Under the pieces are notes generated by a model. It was not told the origin of the DNA. It was given only the letters and a program-made list of their open reading frames with translations, and did no database searches. Below, in pieces: positions 24,877-34,465 of a DNA stretch of 64,000 nucleotides. Position numbers and translations under genes: made by a program. Each line of letters starts with the position of its first letter. Position 1 is the stretch's first letter. Source of the DNA: Rhabdothermincola salaria (GTDB lineage Bacteria; Actinomycetota; Acidimicrobiia; Acidimicrobiales; Acidimicrobilacustridaceae); NCBI RefSeq assembly GCF_021246445.1, contig NZ_JAJQXW010000003.1, positions 124,001 to 188,000 on the forward strand. Reading direction: 5' to 3'.

Positions 24877-25348
24877 CGTCATCCTCCAGTTCCACACGAA
24901 GCGCCTTCAACGCCGAGTGCAGCGTCGACTTGACCGTTCCCTCTGCGCAGCCGAGAGCCTGAGCCACCTCAGCGGTGCTCAGCTGGCCGAGGTAGCGCAG
25001 GACCACGACCTGGCGTTGCCGGGCAGGCAGCAACGCCACGGCATCTCGAAGGGCAAGCCTGGTCGCCACCGGCTCCGCAGCATCAGGCGCCCGAAGGTCC
25101 CACCCAGCTTCCGGGCCCGGGTGCTTCGGCTCCTGTCGCTTCATGAGGTTCGCGGCCGTCACGTACACCCAGCCATCAGGCCGTGCCATTCCCTGCACCC
25201 GCCGCCAGCGGGCGAACGCCCGAGCGAACGCTTCCTGCGCAGCATCGGCGGCAGCCTCTTCATCACCCCAGGCTGCAGACAGCACGCGCACGACGCGCCC
25301 GTAGTAGGTGGTGAAGAACCACTCGAACTCCACAGTCGAAGACATCAC
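24863..25348 (-). CDS. ECF (SigE-like) RNA polymerase sigma factor
   Basis: DAAQEAFARAFARW (region 2), LPARQRQVVVLRY..LSTAEVAQALGCAEGTVKSTLH (region 4). Confidence 0.92.
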   Translation of the reverse strand: MMSSTVEFEWFFTTYYGRVVRVLSAAWGDEEAAADAAQEAFARAFARWRRVQGMARPDGWVYVTAANLMKRQEPKHPGPEAGWDLRAPDAAEPVATRLALRDAVALLPARQRQVVVLRYLGQLSTAEVAQALGCAEGTVKSTLHSALKALRVELEDDDEGR

Positions 25349-25381
25349 TGGCTGAAAGCCTGGCCAGGTGCGAATGGTTCA
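25349..25381 (-). promoter_or_regulatory. Possible autoregulated ECF-type promoter (TGAACC -35-like element), leaderless
   Basis: Minus strand TGAACC-attcgcacctggccaggctttcagcca-GTG; GAAC is a typical ECF -35 core. Confidence 0.4.
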
Positions 25382-25581
25382 GTCGAGAACACGGCCCGCT
25401 GCAGGCTTCCGGGCCTTCGGTGCGCGTTGTTGGCGGCCAACCCCCTCCCACTCGAGAGGTCGAGGGCCTGGCCAGGAGTGGGTGCCCCAGATCGCCGGAT
25501 GGTGGGGGACGTGTCGACCAGGGCCGGTCCTGATGACCGGTCTGCTCAACGGTGCGTTCGAGCGGATGCCGTGCGCTGGGA

Positions 25582-26178
25582 CTACGTCACCTGGCCGCCG
25601 GCTGCGCGCCAGCCTGCATCGTCCACCACATCGATGTCTCCGACTAGCGCAACGAGCTCTTCGCTGGACAGCTCATAGCTCAGGAGCTCGAGCGTGCCTT
25701 GGCTGAGGGGCACCACGACGATCACCGGACGAGCTCCTTGCTCGGCGGTCGTGCCGGCCAACCCTTCGCCGGCCGCCGTGTCCACCGGTTCGAACGACAC
25801 CCCGAGCTCCTCCATCGAGGAGCGATAGGCGTCGAGCCCTACCGCGAAGCCGGCGAGCTTCACGGCGTGGCCCCACCCGTCAGCGGCCGGCTCGAGACGC
25901 TGGTACTCCGCGTACCACTCCGACGGCACCGGCTCGATGCCCGTGAGGATGTGATCCGGCGGCAGGTCGATCGCTTCGCGAAGTGTCCAACCGGGAGCCT
26001 CGAGGAGTGCGTAGGGCACGAACACCCCATCTGCCGCCGGATCAGAGCGCTCCGTCGAGGCAGACGACTCGTTCGCATCGGTTCTCGCAGCGCCCGAGTC
26101 GTCCCCACACCCGGCGGCAACCAAGGCGAGCGCCACGACGAGAGCGGAAACCGAGGCCCGCCGGCCGCGTCCATGCAT
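25582..26178 (-). CDS. Hypothetical lipoprotein
   Basis: MHGRGRRASVSALVVALALVAAGCG lipobox; acidic globular region. Confidence 0.7.
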   Translation of the reverse strand: MHGRGRRASVSALVVALALVAAGCGDDSGAARTDANESSASTERSDPAADGVFVPYALLEAPGWTLREAIDLPPDHILTGIEPVPSEWYAEYQRLEPAADGWGHAVKLAGFAVGLDAYRSSMEELGVSFEPVDTAAGEGLAGTTAEQGARPVIVVVPLSQGTLELLSYELSSEELVALVGDIDVVDDAGWRAAGGQVT

Positions 26179-26267
26179 GGCCGGCAGTGTTCCATAGCTC
26201 GCCCTACAGGCGGGATGGAGCATCCGGAACGGCGGGCAGAATCAGCTCTGATCGGTAGGTTCTGAGC

Positions 26268-26576
26268 GTGCGTATCACTCCCGTGGATGAACGCGACTCG
26301 GGCTGGGAGGACGAAGGCGCCGTCTTCCGGGTGTACCTCTTCAACGGCCCCGGCCCGTCCTACTCATCCGAGACCTTCGACATCAGTGACGCTGATGTGG
26401 ATGAGGTCATCGCTTGGGCACGCACCGAAGCGGGCCCCGACCGGCGGTGGTCGATCGCACTCGTCCGCGATTCGCTGCCGGACGGGACACCAGAGCGGGG
26501 GCTGGTCTGGCTGATCGGTAGAGACTTCAACGACGCACCGGATGACGAAGACCAGGGACGGCGCCTGCACTTCTGA
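26268..26576 (+). CDS. Hypothetical protein (102 aa)
   Basis: Protein-like composition (VDERDSGWE..FRVY..ADVDEVIAWA..GLVWLIG); GTG 6 nt after TAGGTT. Confidence 0.7.
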   Translation: MRITPVDERDSGWEDEGAVFRVYLFNGPGPSYSSETFDISDADVDEVIAWARTEAGPDRRWSIALVRDSLPDGTPERGLVWLIGRDFNDAPDDEDQGRRLHF

Positions 26577-26695
26577 CAGCACGACGTGTCCCCTTTCGTC
26601 GGCTGGGGAGCCAGGCAGAGCGGCACATCGAGGGCGGGGCAGCAAGTTGGCTGACCACGCATCCGCTCGGCACCCACGCAGCACCTGAGAGGCGC

Positions 26696-27100
26696 TCACT
26701 TCGGGGCGACGACGACGCCGCCTTCGTTCAAGGTGGCCACCAGGCTCCCAGGGCACGAGCACCTGCCCTGTGGGCGGAGATCTGCCTCGACCGCCGTCTG
26801 GGTGACCTCCAGGGTGTTGGCGTCGAACGCTCGGACTGCGTACGTACTCGCCGCAGCGTTCAGGTCGCTGAGGCCGAAGATCAACCGCACCGGAGCCGCT
26901 GCTGTGGCTGGAATCTGGAGCTGCTGCCGGCTGCAAGTGTCGTCCGCGCAGACCTCGACGGTTTGCACGTCGGGGGCCGAGACCTCGACCTCCACCAGCG
27001 TCCCAGAGCAGTCCACCGCACACGCACAGCTGGCGGTCGTTGCGGCAATCGACATGGTCGCGAAAAGCGTCACCATCCCCGACACCAACAGCCGCCGCAC
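26696..27100 (-). CDS. Cys-rich secreted or lipoprotein, hypothetical
   Basis: Signal-like N-terminus then SCACAVDC...C..DTC...CSCP; GTG 7 nt after TACCTT. Confidence 0.6.
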   Translation of the reverse strand: MRRLLVSGMVTLFATMSIAATTASCACAVDCSGTLVEVEVSAPDVQTVEVCADDTCSRQQLQIPATAAAPVRLIFGLSDLNAAASTYAVRAFDANTLEVTQTAVEADLRPQGRCSCPGSLVATLNEGGVVVAPK

Positions 27101-27398
27101 TTCCCTCAAGGTAGCTGACCCGATCGAGGATGGCCGATCGGCACTCTCGAGATGGGACGAGTGCGACGACGGCGCGACTGCCCTGGCTACTCAACGCCCA
27201 TCAAGATCACAGAGCCGACGCTGCCCGAAGGCTGAACACCCCCCGCCGACCCCAGCTCACCCGCCGCCAAGTGCCTCTGAACACCGGGTATGCGCCGACG
27301 AGCGGAGCCGAGCTGACGATCACGCATCAGCAGTGTGGTCGGGCTGGCTGGGCGACCTCGGCGTCCGGTGAGCATCGCCGGTGGCTACTGTCGAGAGC

Positions 27399-27842
27399 AT
27401 GGCGGCAGGTGAATCGTGGCGACGGATGCCACTGGCGCTGCTCTGTGCGTCGGCCACCCTCGTCGTCGCTGCGTGCTCTGGGTCCTCAGCCGTGGTGGGG
27501 AACGTGCGGGACGAACTGGGTGCGCTCAACGAGGCAGCCGACCTCACGCTCGAGATGGTGCCCTCGAACACCTGCGTTCCCGTCGAGGATGTCCCGGTCC
27601 GATTCCCCGAGGTGGTGGCGAGCTCCGGTGACGTGTGCGTGAGGCACTGGCCCGACCAGGGCCGGTCGGGCGTCGGCCTACCGGCCGCCGAGCCCGATGT
27701 GCACCTGTCGTACAGCCCCTCGTCGCAGCACCACGCCACCGGCTGCGTCGCCGAGGTCAGCGATGAATGGTGGATCGTCACCGGGAGCTCCGGTGACCTG
27801 CGTGAGCCCTGTCCCGACGGATTCGACTTCCGTCCGATCTGA
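27399..27842 (+). CDS. Hypothetical lipoprotein
   Basis: LVVAACSG lipobox; four further Cys; ATG 7 nt after TACTGT. Confidence 0.6.
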   Translation: MAAGESWRRMPLALLCASATLVVAACSGSSAVVGNVRDELGALNEAADLTLEMVPSNTCVPVEDVPVRFPEVVASSGDVCVRHWPDQGRSGVGLPAAEPDVHLSYSPSSQHHATGCVAEVSDEWWIVTGSSGDLREPCPDGFDFRPI

Positions 27843-28011
27843 AGACGACGGCATCGGGCCATGCCGGTGGTGATCTGACGGAGGTGAGGTCGGATCACCT
27901 GGGCCAACGCTTGGCCTCATCGTCTCCAGGGCTCTCGACGGGTGAATCGGGCGCGTCACCGAACCCCGGCTCTGAGGCCACGGCGGATCCGCACACCTAC
28001 GCTCGCCGCCC

Positions 28012-29250
28012 GTGACCCCAGCACTCGACACGCTCTCGGCTCGAGAGGCCCGACGGTTGGCGATCGCCGCGCAGGGCCTCGACCGTGCCCGTCGGTCGGG
28101 CAACGCGAGCAGAGCCCGGGTGCAGGCGGCGGTCGAGCGTCTGGGCGTCCTGCAACTCGACGCAGTGAACGTCGTGGCCCGCACGCAGTACCTCGTCCTG
28201 TTCGCTCGTCTCGGTCCGTTCGACCGTGACCACCTGCACCGGCTCGCGGGACCGCGTGGGCCGCTCTTCGAGTACTGGGGCCACATGGCCTCGGTCCAAC
28301 CGGTGGCACTCCATCCGTTGCTCCGTTGGCGGATGGACCGGGGCGGCAGCTACGGCGAACGGCCCGCTCACGCATCGCGCGTCGCCACCTGGGCCCGCGA
28401 GCACGCCGACTACATCGACTCGGTGCTCACCGAGGTCGCCGAACGAGGGCCGCTGTCGGCGGCGATGCTCAACGAACCACGCCGCCGCGACGGCGAGTGG
28501 TGGGGCCGGCGCAGCGTCGGCCGCCAGGCCCTGGAGCACCTGTTCGAGCGCGGGCAGCTCGCCGCCTGGCGGACGCCGTCGTTCGAGCGCATCTACGACC
28601 TTCCCGAACGCACCCTTCCCGCCGAGGTCCTCGCCACACCCACACCGACCGCCGAGGACGCCCAGCGAGCATTGCTCGGCCTCGCCGCTGATGCCCTCGG
28701 CGTCGCCACCACTCGCGACCTCGCGGACTACTTCCGGATCCGCACCGCTGAAGCGACGTCGGGTGTGCACGAGCTCGTCGAAGCCGGCGAGTTGATCCGG
28801 GTCGACGTCGAGGGGTGGCCCGAACCCGGCTACGTACGGCCAGGGGTGGCGCCCACCCGCCGGCGGCGTCGCCACGCCACGCTCCTGTCCCCCTTCGACT
28901 CGCTCATCTGGGACCGTTCCCGCACCGAGCGACTCTTCGGCTTCACGTACCGGATCGAGATCTACACCCCGGCGGCCCAGCGCCGCTACGGCTACTACGT
29001 GCTGCCCGTCCTCCTCGGCGACCAGCTGGTCGGCCGACTCGACCTCAAGGCCGACCGGCAGCTCGGCGCTCTGCGGGTCCTCGCCTCTCACGCGGAGCAG
29101 GGCGTGGACCCCGACGAGGCCGCCGTCGCGATCGCTTCCGAGCTCGAGACGATGGCGACGTGGCTGGGGACCGGCCGCATCGTCGTGACCGATCGCGGCG
29201 ACCTCGCTCCCGCTCTGGCATCGGCCGTCGAACACCGCAGCCGTCGCTGA
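28012..29250 (+). CDS. YcaQ/AlkZ-like (HTH_42) interstrand-crosslink DNA glycosylase
   Basis: LGVLQLDAVNVVARTQY (QxD), LFEYWGH, LLSPFDSLIWDR.R..LFGF.YRIEIY.P...R.YGYYVLP, GRLDLKADR. Confidence 0.88.
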   Translation: MTPALDTLSAREARRLAIAAQGLDRARRSGNASRARVQAAVERLGVLQLDAVNVVARTQYLVLFARLGPFDRDHLHRLAGPRGPLFEYWGHMASVQPVALHPLLRWRMDRGGSYGERPAHASRVATWAREHADYIDSVLTEVAERGPLSAAMLNEPRRRDGEWWGRRSVGRQALEHLFERGQLAAWRTPSFERIYDLPERTLPAEVLATPTPTAEDAQRALLGLAADALGVATTRDLADYFRIRTAEATSGVHELVEAGELIRVDVEGWPEPGYVRPGVAPTRRRRRHATLLSPFDSLIWDRSRTERLFGFTYRIEIYTPAAQRRYGYYVLPVLLGDQLVGRLDLKADRQLGALRVLASHAEQGVDPDEAAVAIASELETMATWLGTGRIVVTDRGDLAPALASAVEHRSRR

Positions 29251-29312
29251 GCCAGGAGCACCGACGAGCATCCATCGCGAGCACCCGCCCGAGCGTTCGG
29301 GGCGGGGTGGCG

Positions 29313-32300
29313 CTACGAGACCTTCTCGCTGACGACCTTGCTGGAACCGCCGGGCTGCATGGACACGCCGTAGAGGCAGTCGGCGGCCTCCATGGTGCGC
29401 TTCTGGTGGGTGACGATGACCAGCTGAGCATCGGCGCGGAACTCGGCCACGAGACCCAGGAAGCGGTGCAGGTTCACGTCGTCGAGGGCGGCCTCGACCT
29501 CGTCCATCACGTAGAACGGCGACGGGCGGCTGCGGAACACGGCGAACAGGTAGGCCAGGGCGGTGAGGCTGCGCTCGCCACCCGACAGCAGCGACAGCTT
29601 GCGCACGTTCTTGCCCGAGGGCTTGGCCTCCACCTCGATGCCGGTGGTGAGCAGGTTCTCGGGATCGGTGAGCTTGAGACGCCCCTCCCCACCGGGGAAC
29701 AGCATCGAGAAGAGGGCTTCGAAGTTGGCGGCCACGTCGGCGAAGGCCGCGGCGAACACGCTGACGATCTCGGCATCGATGGCGCGGATGATCTTGGAGA
29801 GCTCGCGGCGGCTCTCCTTCACGTCGTCGAGCTGGTTCTGGAGGAACTCGTGACGCTCCTGGAGGGCCTCGTACTCCTCGAGCGCCAGCGGGTTGATGGG
29901 TCCCATCAGGCGCAGGTCGCGCTCGAGCTCGCGGATGCGGGCCGCGGGCGACACGCCGTCGGGCAGCTCGGGGCGGTCGGTGGCGATGGCGACGTCGGGC
30001 TCGCAGTCGAGGTCGCGCCGCAGGGCCTCGACCGCCGTCTCGATGCGCAGCTTCACCTCGGCGTCGTCGAGCTCGGCGCGCTGCAGCAGCTCGCGCTGCT
30101 CGCCGAGCGCCTTCTCCTCGCCGGCTCGCTCGCGGCGCAGCTGGTCGAGGCGGGCCGCCACCTGACGGGCGGCCTCGGACTGACGGCGGCGCCGCTCGCG
30201 CAGGTCGGTGAGGTTGTCGTCGATGGTGACGGTGCTCTCGGTGACCACCGCGGCGAGGCGATCGAGGGCGACCTGGGTGCGGTCGAGCTCGAGGCGGCGG
30301 GACTCGGCGGCGGTCCGTTCGGCCGCCGCTCCCTCGAGGCGGGTCTCGACCTCGCTCAGGCGCCGCCCAAGGAACTGGCGCCGCTCGCCGACCGCCGCCG
30401 TCTGGACCTCGAGATCGCTGCGCAGCCCCCCGACCGAGCCGGCCTGCTCCTCCAGCCGCGAGCGGGCCTCGGACATGCGCTGAGCCGCCTCGGCCAGCTC
30501 GGCGTCGGCTGACTCGAGCTCAGGCAGGCGGGCCTCGAGCTCGGTGATGCGGGCGTCCTCGCGCTCGACCCGTTCGGCCAGCTCGGCGAGGTGGCCCTGG
30601 AGGGCCTCGGCCTCGGTGGCGGCGTCGCGGCGGTCGGTCTCGACGCGCTGGAGGCGGTCGGCGGCCGCCGTGAGACGGCTGTCGTTGGCGTCGAGATCCT
30701 TGGTGAGGTCGGCCTCCACCTGACGGGCCTGGGCCAGCTCGGCGCGGGCGGCGGTGAGGCGCTCGTCGGCCCGAGACGCGGCCTCGGCCGCGTCTGCGGC
30801 CCGGGTGCGGGCGTCGTCGAGGGCGGCGCCCGTGGCCCCCGACCCGGCCACGCCCACCCGCCAACCGGTGAGGGCGAAGCGGTCGCCGTCGGCGGTGACG
30901 GCGATGGCGTCGGGATGGGCGAGGGCCACGTCGACCGCCTCGGCCCACCCACCGTCGACGACCACCGCGGCGCCGACGAGGGCGTCGAGGAGGGTCTCGA
31001 CGTCGGGACGGGTGGCGCGGACGTGGGCTCGCAACGGCACGCCCACCGGCGGCGCCGAGCGGGGTGCCAGCCGGGCGCCGAGCGCGATGACGGCCCCGGA
31101 CAGGGCCTCGCCGTGCAGGGCTTCGAGGGCCCGACGACCGGCGGCGACGTCGTCGACCACCACGGCCAGGAGGGCCTCGCCCATGGCCGCCTCGAACGCC
31201 GCCTCCCAGCCGGGGTCGACCTCGACCAGGTCGAGCACCGTGCCGAGGACGCCTTCGACGCCGGCCAGGCGTTCGGCGCCGGCCCGCGAGCGCGCCTCGT
31301 CGAGCGCCAGGTCGAGGGCCTCGACGCGTGCCTGCCAGGCATGGCGCTCGCCCTCGGCGTCGCGATGGGCCCGTTCCGCCTCGTCCAGGGCCTGCTGAGC
31401 CCCCTGCACCCGCTGCTCGGCGGCATCGATGGCCTCCACCAGGGGCAGCTCGGCCCGCTCGGCGGCCATCAGCTCCTCGCGGAGGCGCTCGGCCTCGGCG
31501 GCCAGCGCGGTGAGCCGGTCGGCCAGGGCGTCGGACCGGGACCGCACGCGCTCCTGCTCGGCGCGGCCCCGCTCGGCGGCCGCCCGCAGGGCCCCCAGCT
31601 CGCCGCGGACCTCGGCCGCGGCGCCGGTGGGGGCCGGCACCCCGGTGGCCCACTCGCCCTCGAAGTCCTGGCGTTCGGCGGCGAGGCGGGCCTCGGCGGC
31701 GGCCAGGTCGTCGGCGAGCGGCGCCAGGCGCTCCTCCTCGGCGGCGACCTCGGCCAACTCGGTGGCCAGGCGCGCCGCTTCGGCCTCCAGCGAGGCGATC
31801 ACGCCTTGGTCGACGGACGCACCCCGGGCCCGTTCGACGCCTCGCCGGCGTTCGGTGAGCAGCGCGGTGAGGCCACGAGCCTGCTGGAACAGCGATTCGT
31901 AGACGGCCAGCGAGTCGCCCAGGTCGTCGCCGCCCATGGCCGAGAGCTCGGCCTCGGTGGCCATGACCGCCGTGTCGAGGTCGGCGAGGCGGGCACGATG
32001 GCGGCGCTCGGCGACCTGCAGCTCGGTGCGGCGACTGGCCCCCTGCTCGAGCCGGGTGCGCAGGCCGTGCAGCTCACGGCCGGCCACGTGGATGCGCAGC
32101 GCGGTGAGCTCGGCCACCACGTCGCCGTAGCGGCGAGCTGCGTCGGCCTGGCGCTCGAGCGGTCGCAGCTGGCGCCGCACCTCGCGCAGGAGGTCCTGGA
32201 GCCGAGTGAGGTTGCCCTCAGTGGCGGCCAGCCGCCGCTCGGACTTCTCCTTGCGCCGGCGGAACTTGAGCACGCCGGCCGCCTCCTCGATGACCGCCCG

Positions 32301-32771
32301 CCGGTCCTCGGGGCGGGCGTTGAGCACCGCGTCGATCTGGCCCTGGCTGATGATCACGTGCTGCTGACGACCCACACCGGAATCCGAGAGGAGCTCCTGG
32401 ATGTCGAGGAGCCGGCACGGCACGCCGTTGATGGCGTACTCGCTGTCGCCGGAGCGGAACAGCGTGCGGGTGATCGTGACCTCGGTGAACTCGATGGGCA
32501 GCTGCCCCGAGGTGTTGTCGACGGTGAGGCTGACCTCGGCCCGGCCGAGTGCGGACCGCTTGGAGGTGCCGGCGAAGATGACGTCGTCCATCTTCTGGGA
32601 GCGCACCGCCGAGGGGGCCTGGGCCCCCAGCACCCACCCGATGGCGTCGACGACGTTGGACTTGCCCGACCCGTTGGGACCCACGACGACGGTGACCCCG
32701 GGCTCGAGGTCGAGCGCGGTGGCGTCGGCGAAGGACTTGAAGCCCTTCATGGAGAGGCGCTTGAGGTACAT
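29313..32771 (-). CDS. smc: Chromosome segregation protein SMC
   Basis: GFKSFAD, VGPNGSGKSNVVDAI, coiled coils and hinge, LSGGERSL, MDEVEAALDD, VIVTHQK. Confidence 0.98.
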   Translation of the reverse strand: MYLKRLSMKGFKSFADATALDLEPGVTVVVGPNGSGKSNVVDAIGWVLGAQAPSAVRSQKMDDVIFAGTSKRSALGRAEVSLTVDNTSGQLPIEFTEVTITRTLFRSGDSEYAINGVPCRLLDIQELLSDSGVGRQQHVIISQGQIDAVLNARPEDRRAVIEEAAGVLKFRRRKEKSERRLAATEGNLTRLQDLLREVRRQLRPLERQADAARRYGDVVAELTALRIHVAGRELHGLRTRLEQGASRRTELQVAERRHRARLADLDTAVMATEAELSAMGGDDLGDSLAVYESLFQQARGLTALLTERRRGVERARGASVDQGVIASLEAEAARLATELAEVAAEEERLAPLADDLAAAEARLAAERQDFEGEWATGVPAPTGAAAEVRGELGALRAAAERGRAEQERVRSRSDALADRLTALAAEAERLREELMAAERAELPLVEAIDAAEQRVQGAQQALDEAERAHRDAEGERHAWQARVEALDLALDEARSRAGAERLAGVEGVLGTVLDLVEVDPGWEAAFEAAMGEALLAVVVDDVAAGRRALEALHGEALSGAVIALGARLAPRSAPPVGVPLRAHVRATRPDVETLLDALVGAAVVVDGGWAEAVDVALAHPDAIAVTADGDRFALTGWRVGVAGSGATGAALDDARTRAADAAEAASRADERLTAARAELAQARQVEADLTKDLDANDSRLTAAADRLQRVETDRRDAATEAEALQGHLAELAERVEREDARITELEARLPELESADAELAEAAQRMSEARSRLEEQAGSVGGLRSDLEVQTAAVGERRQFLGRRLSEVETRLEGAAAERTAAESRRLELDRTQVALDRLAAVVTESTVTIDDNLTDLRERRRRQSEAARQVAARLDQLRRERAGEEKALGEQRELLQRAELDDAEVKLRIETAVEALRRDLDCEPDVAIATDRPELPDGVSPAARIRELERDLRLMGPINPLALEEYEALQERHEFLQNQLDDVKESRRELSKIIRAIDAEIVSVFAAAFADVAANFEALFSMLFPGGEGRLKLTDPENLLTTGIEVEAKPSGKNVRKLSLLSGGERSLTALAYLFAVFRSRPSPFYVMDEVEAALDDVNLHRFLGLVAEFRADAQLVIVTHQKRTMEAADCLYGVSMQPGGSSKVVSEKVS

Positions 32772-32825
32772 CGGGACTCGTCGGGGCTCGGGCCTGGTGG
32801 GCGGTGGACGGCGCGGACGGTCCGG

Positions 32826-33662
32826 TCAGACCTGACAGACGTCGCAGTAGAAGGTGGACCGGCCGGAGAACTTCGACTTCACGATGTCGTGACGGCGACA
32901 GCGCCGGCAGGGCTGCTTCTCGCGGTCGTACACCTGGTGGTGCTGCTGGTACTCGCCGGGCTTGCCGTTGAGGTCGACGTACTGGGCGTCGGCCAACGTG
33001 GACCCGCCGTACTTGATGGCCTCGTGGAGGATCTCGACCAGCGACCGGTACAGGCGCCGGATCTCCTGGGTGGTGAGCGAGGCCGTGTCGCGGTCGTAGC
33101 GCAGGCCGGCGTCGAAGAGGATCTCGTCGGAGTAGATGTTGCCGATCCCGGCGATGAGGGACTGGTCCATCAGGAACGCCTTGAGCTTCATGGGCTTGCG
33201 GCGCAGGAGGTGGCCGAAGTCGACCCACGACATGGGCGCCTCGACCGGGTCGACCCCGAGCTCGGACAGCTCCGGGATCTCCGAGGTGACCTCGTCGGGC
33301 GTGGCCACGAAGAGCTCGCCGAAAGTGCGGGGGTCGACGAAGCGGAGCTGGCCCCCCTGGGTGAAGGCGATGACCACGTGGGTGTGGGGGGCCATGGGCT
33401 CCTTGGGGGTGGCCCGCAGGAGCTGGCCGCTCATGCGCAGGTGCACGACCAGGACGTCGCCCGAGTCGAGCGGCATGAGCAGGTACTTGCCCTTGCGCTG
33501 GGCGCCGGTGATCTTCACCCCCTCGAGCCGGGAGGCGAACTCCTCCGGCGTCTGGCGGCGCACGGAGCGGTCGCCCGTGACCTCCACGGCCTTGATCTTC
33601 TTGCCGACGACCTCTCGTTCGAGCTCTCGACGGATGGTCTCGACCTCGGGCAGCTCAGGCAT
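32826..33662 (-). CDS. mutM: Formamidopyrimidine-DNA glycosylase
   Basis: MPELPEVET, HLRMSG, DPRTFG, AGIGNIYSDE, C-terminal CRRC...CDVC zinc finger. Confidence 0.96.
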   Translation of the reverse strand: MPELPEVETIRRELEREVVGKKIKAVEVTGDRSVRRQTPEEFASRLEGVKITGAQRKGKYLLMPLDSGDVLVVHLRMSGQLLRATPKEPMAPHTHVVIAFTQGGQLRFVDPRTFGELFVATPDEVTSEIPELSELGVDPVEAPMSWVDFGHLLRRKPMKLKAFLMDQSLIAGIGNIYSDEILFDAGLRYDRDTASLTTQEIRRLYRSLVEILHEAIKYGGSTLADAQYVDLNGKPGEYQQHHQVYDREKQPCRRCRRHDIVKSKFSGRSTFYCDVCQV

Positions 33663-34461
33663 GGCCCTGCTCGCTCTCGTTCTGGGATGGGGATGGTCCG
33701 GGGGCCACGACGAGGTCGTCGTCCCCGGCGCGGATCGTGGATGGGCCGGCGGCGCCATCCGGGACGTCGGCGGCCGCGCCGAGGGCGGACAGCGCGTCGC
33801 CGGCGGCCGCCTGCTCGGCGAGCTTCTTGGAGCGGCCCTGGCCTCGACCCACGACGCGGCCCTCGAGGCGGACCTCGGCGTAGAAGCGCTTGTCGTGGTC
33901 CGGGCCGTCGTCGGTGAGCTCGTAGGCGGGGAGCTCGTCGTGGCGCTGGGCGGCCAGCTCCTGCAGCTTGGTCTTGTGGTCGGTGCCTCCGGGGCCGTCG
34001 GCCACCTCGGCCGCGATGCGGGCGCCGAGCTGGGCGAGGATCACCGCCCGGGCGGCGTCGAGGCCGCCGTCGAGGTACACCGCACCGATGACGGCCTCGA
34101 CCGCATCGGCGAGGATGGAGCGCTTGGACCGTCCCCCGGTCGCGTCCTCGCCCTTGCCCAGGCGCAGCACCGGACCGAGCTCGAGCTCGGCGCCGACCTC
34201 GGCCAGCACGGGCGCGCTCACCACGCCGGCTCGGGACTTGGCCAGCGAACCCTCGGGAAGCGTGGGGTTGGCGCGGAACAGGTCGTCGGCCACGACGAGG
34301 CCCAGCACGGCGTCGCCCAGGAACTCGAGACGCTCGTTGGACTCCTCGCCGGCGTTCTCCGCGCACCACGAGCGGTGCGTCAGCGCCAGGACCAGCAAGT
34401 GGGGATCGCCGAAGGCGTGTCCCAGCCGCCGGGCGAGCGAGGCCAGAGGGTCGGTGCTCAG
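33655..34461 (-). CDS. rnc: Ribonuclease III (start uncertain: possibly CTG 34461; first canonical start is TTG 34398)
   Basis: LALTHRSW, NERLEFLGDAVL, LADAVEAVIGAVYLDGG, dsRBD DHKTKLQE...GRSKKLAEQAAA. Confidence 0.95.
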   Translation of the reverse strand: MSTDPLASLARRLGHAFGDPHLLVLALTHRSWCAENAGEESNERLEFLGDAVLGLVVADDLFRANPTLPEGSLAKSRAGVVSAPVLAEVGAELELGPVLRLGKGEDATGGRSKRSILADAVEAVIGAVYLDGGLDAARAVILAQLGARIAAEVADGPGGTDHKTKLQELAAQRHDELPAYELTDDGPDHDKRFYAEVRLEGRVVGRGQGRSKKLAEQAAAGDALSALGAAADVPDGAAGPSTIRAGDDDLVVAPGPSPSQNESEQGHA

Positions 34462-34465
34462 CGCC

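Noticed and set aside
25358..25476. Two copies of the palindrome CCTGGCCAGG upstream of the ECF sigma gene
   Set aside because: A 10-bp GC-rich palindrome is likely by chance at this composition; no other support.
27841..27927. tRNA gene as an island integration site
   Set aside because: No TTCGA T-loop, D-loop GG spacing or CCA end; kept only as a generic structured element.
29313..32771. SMC as a Wadjet/MksBEF defence component
   Set aside because: Canonical housekeeping SMC sequence and rnc-mutM-smc context; no jetA/B/D-like neighbours.
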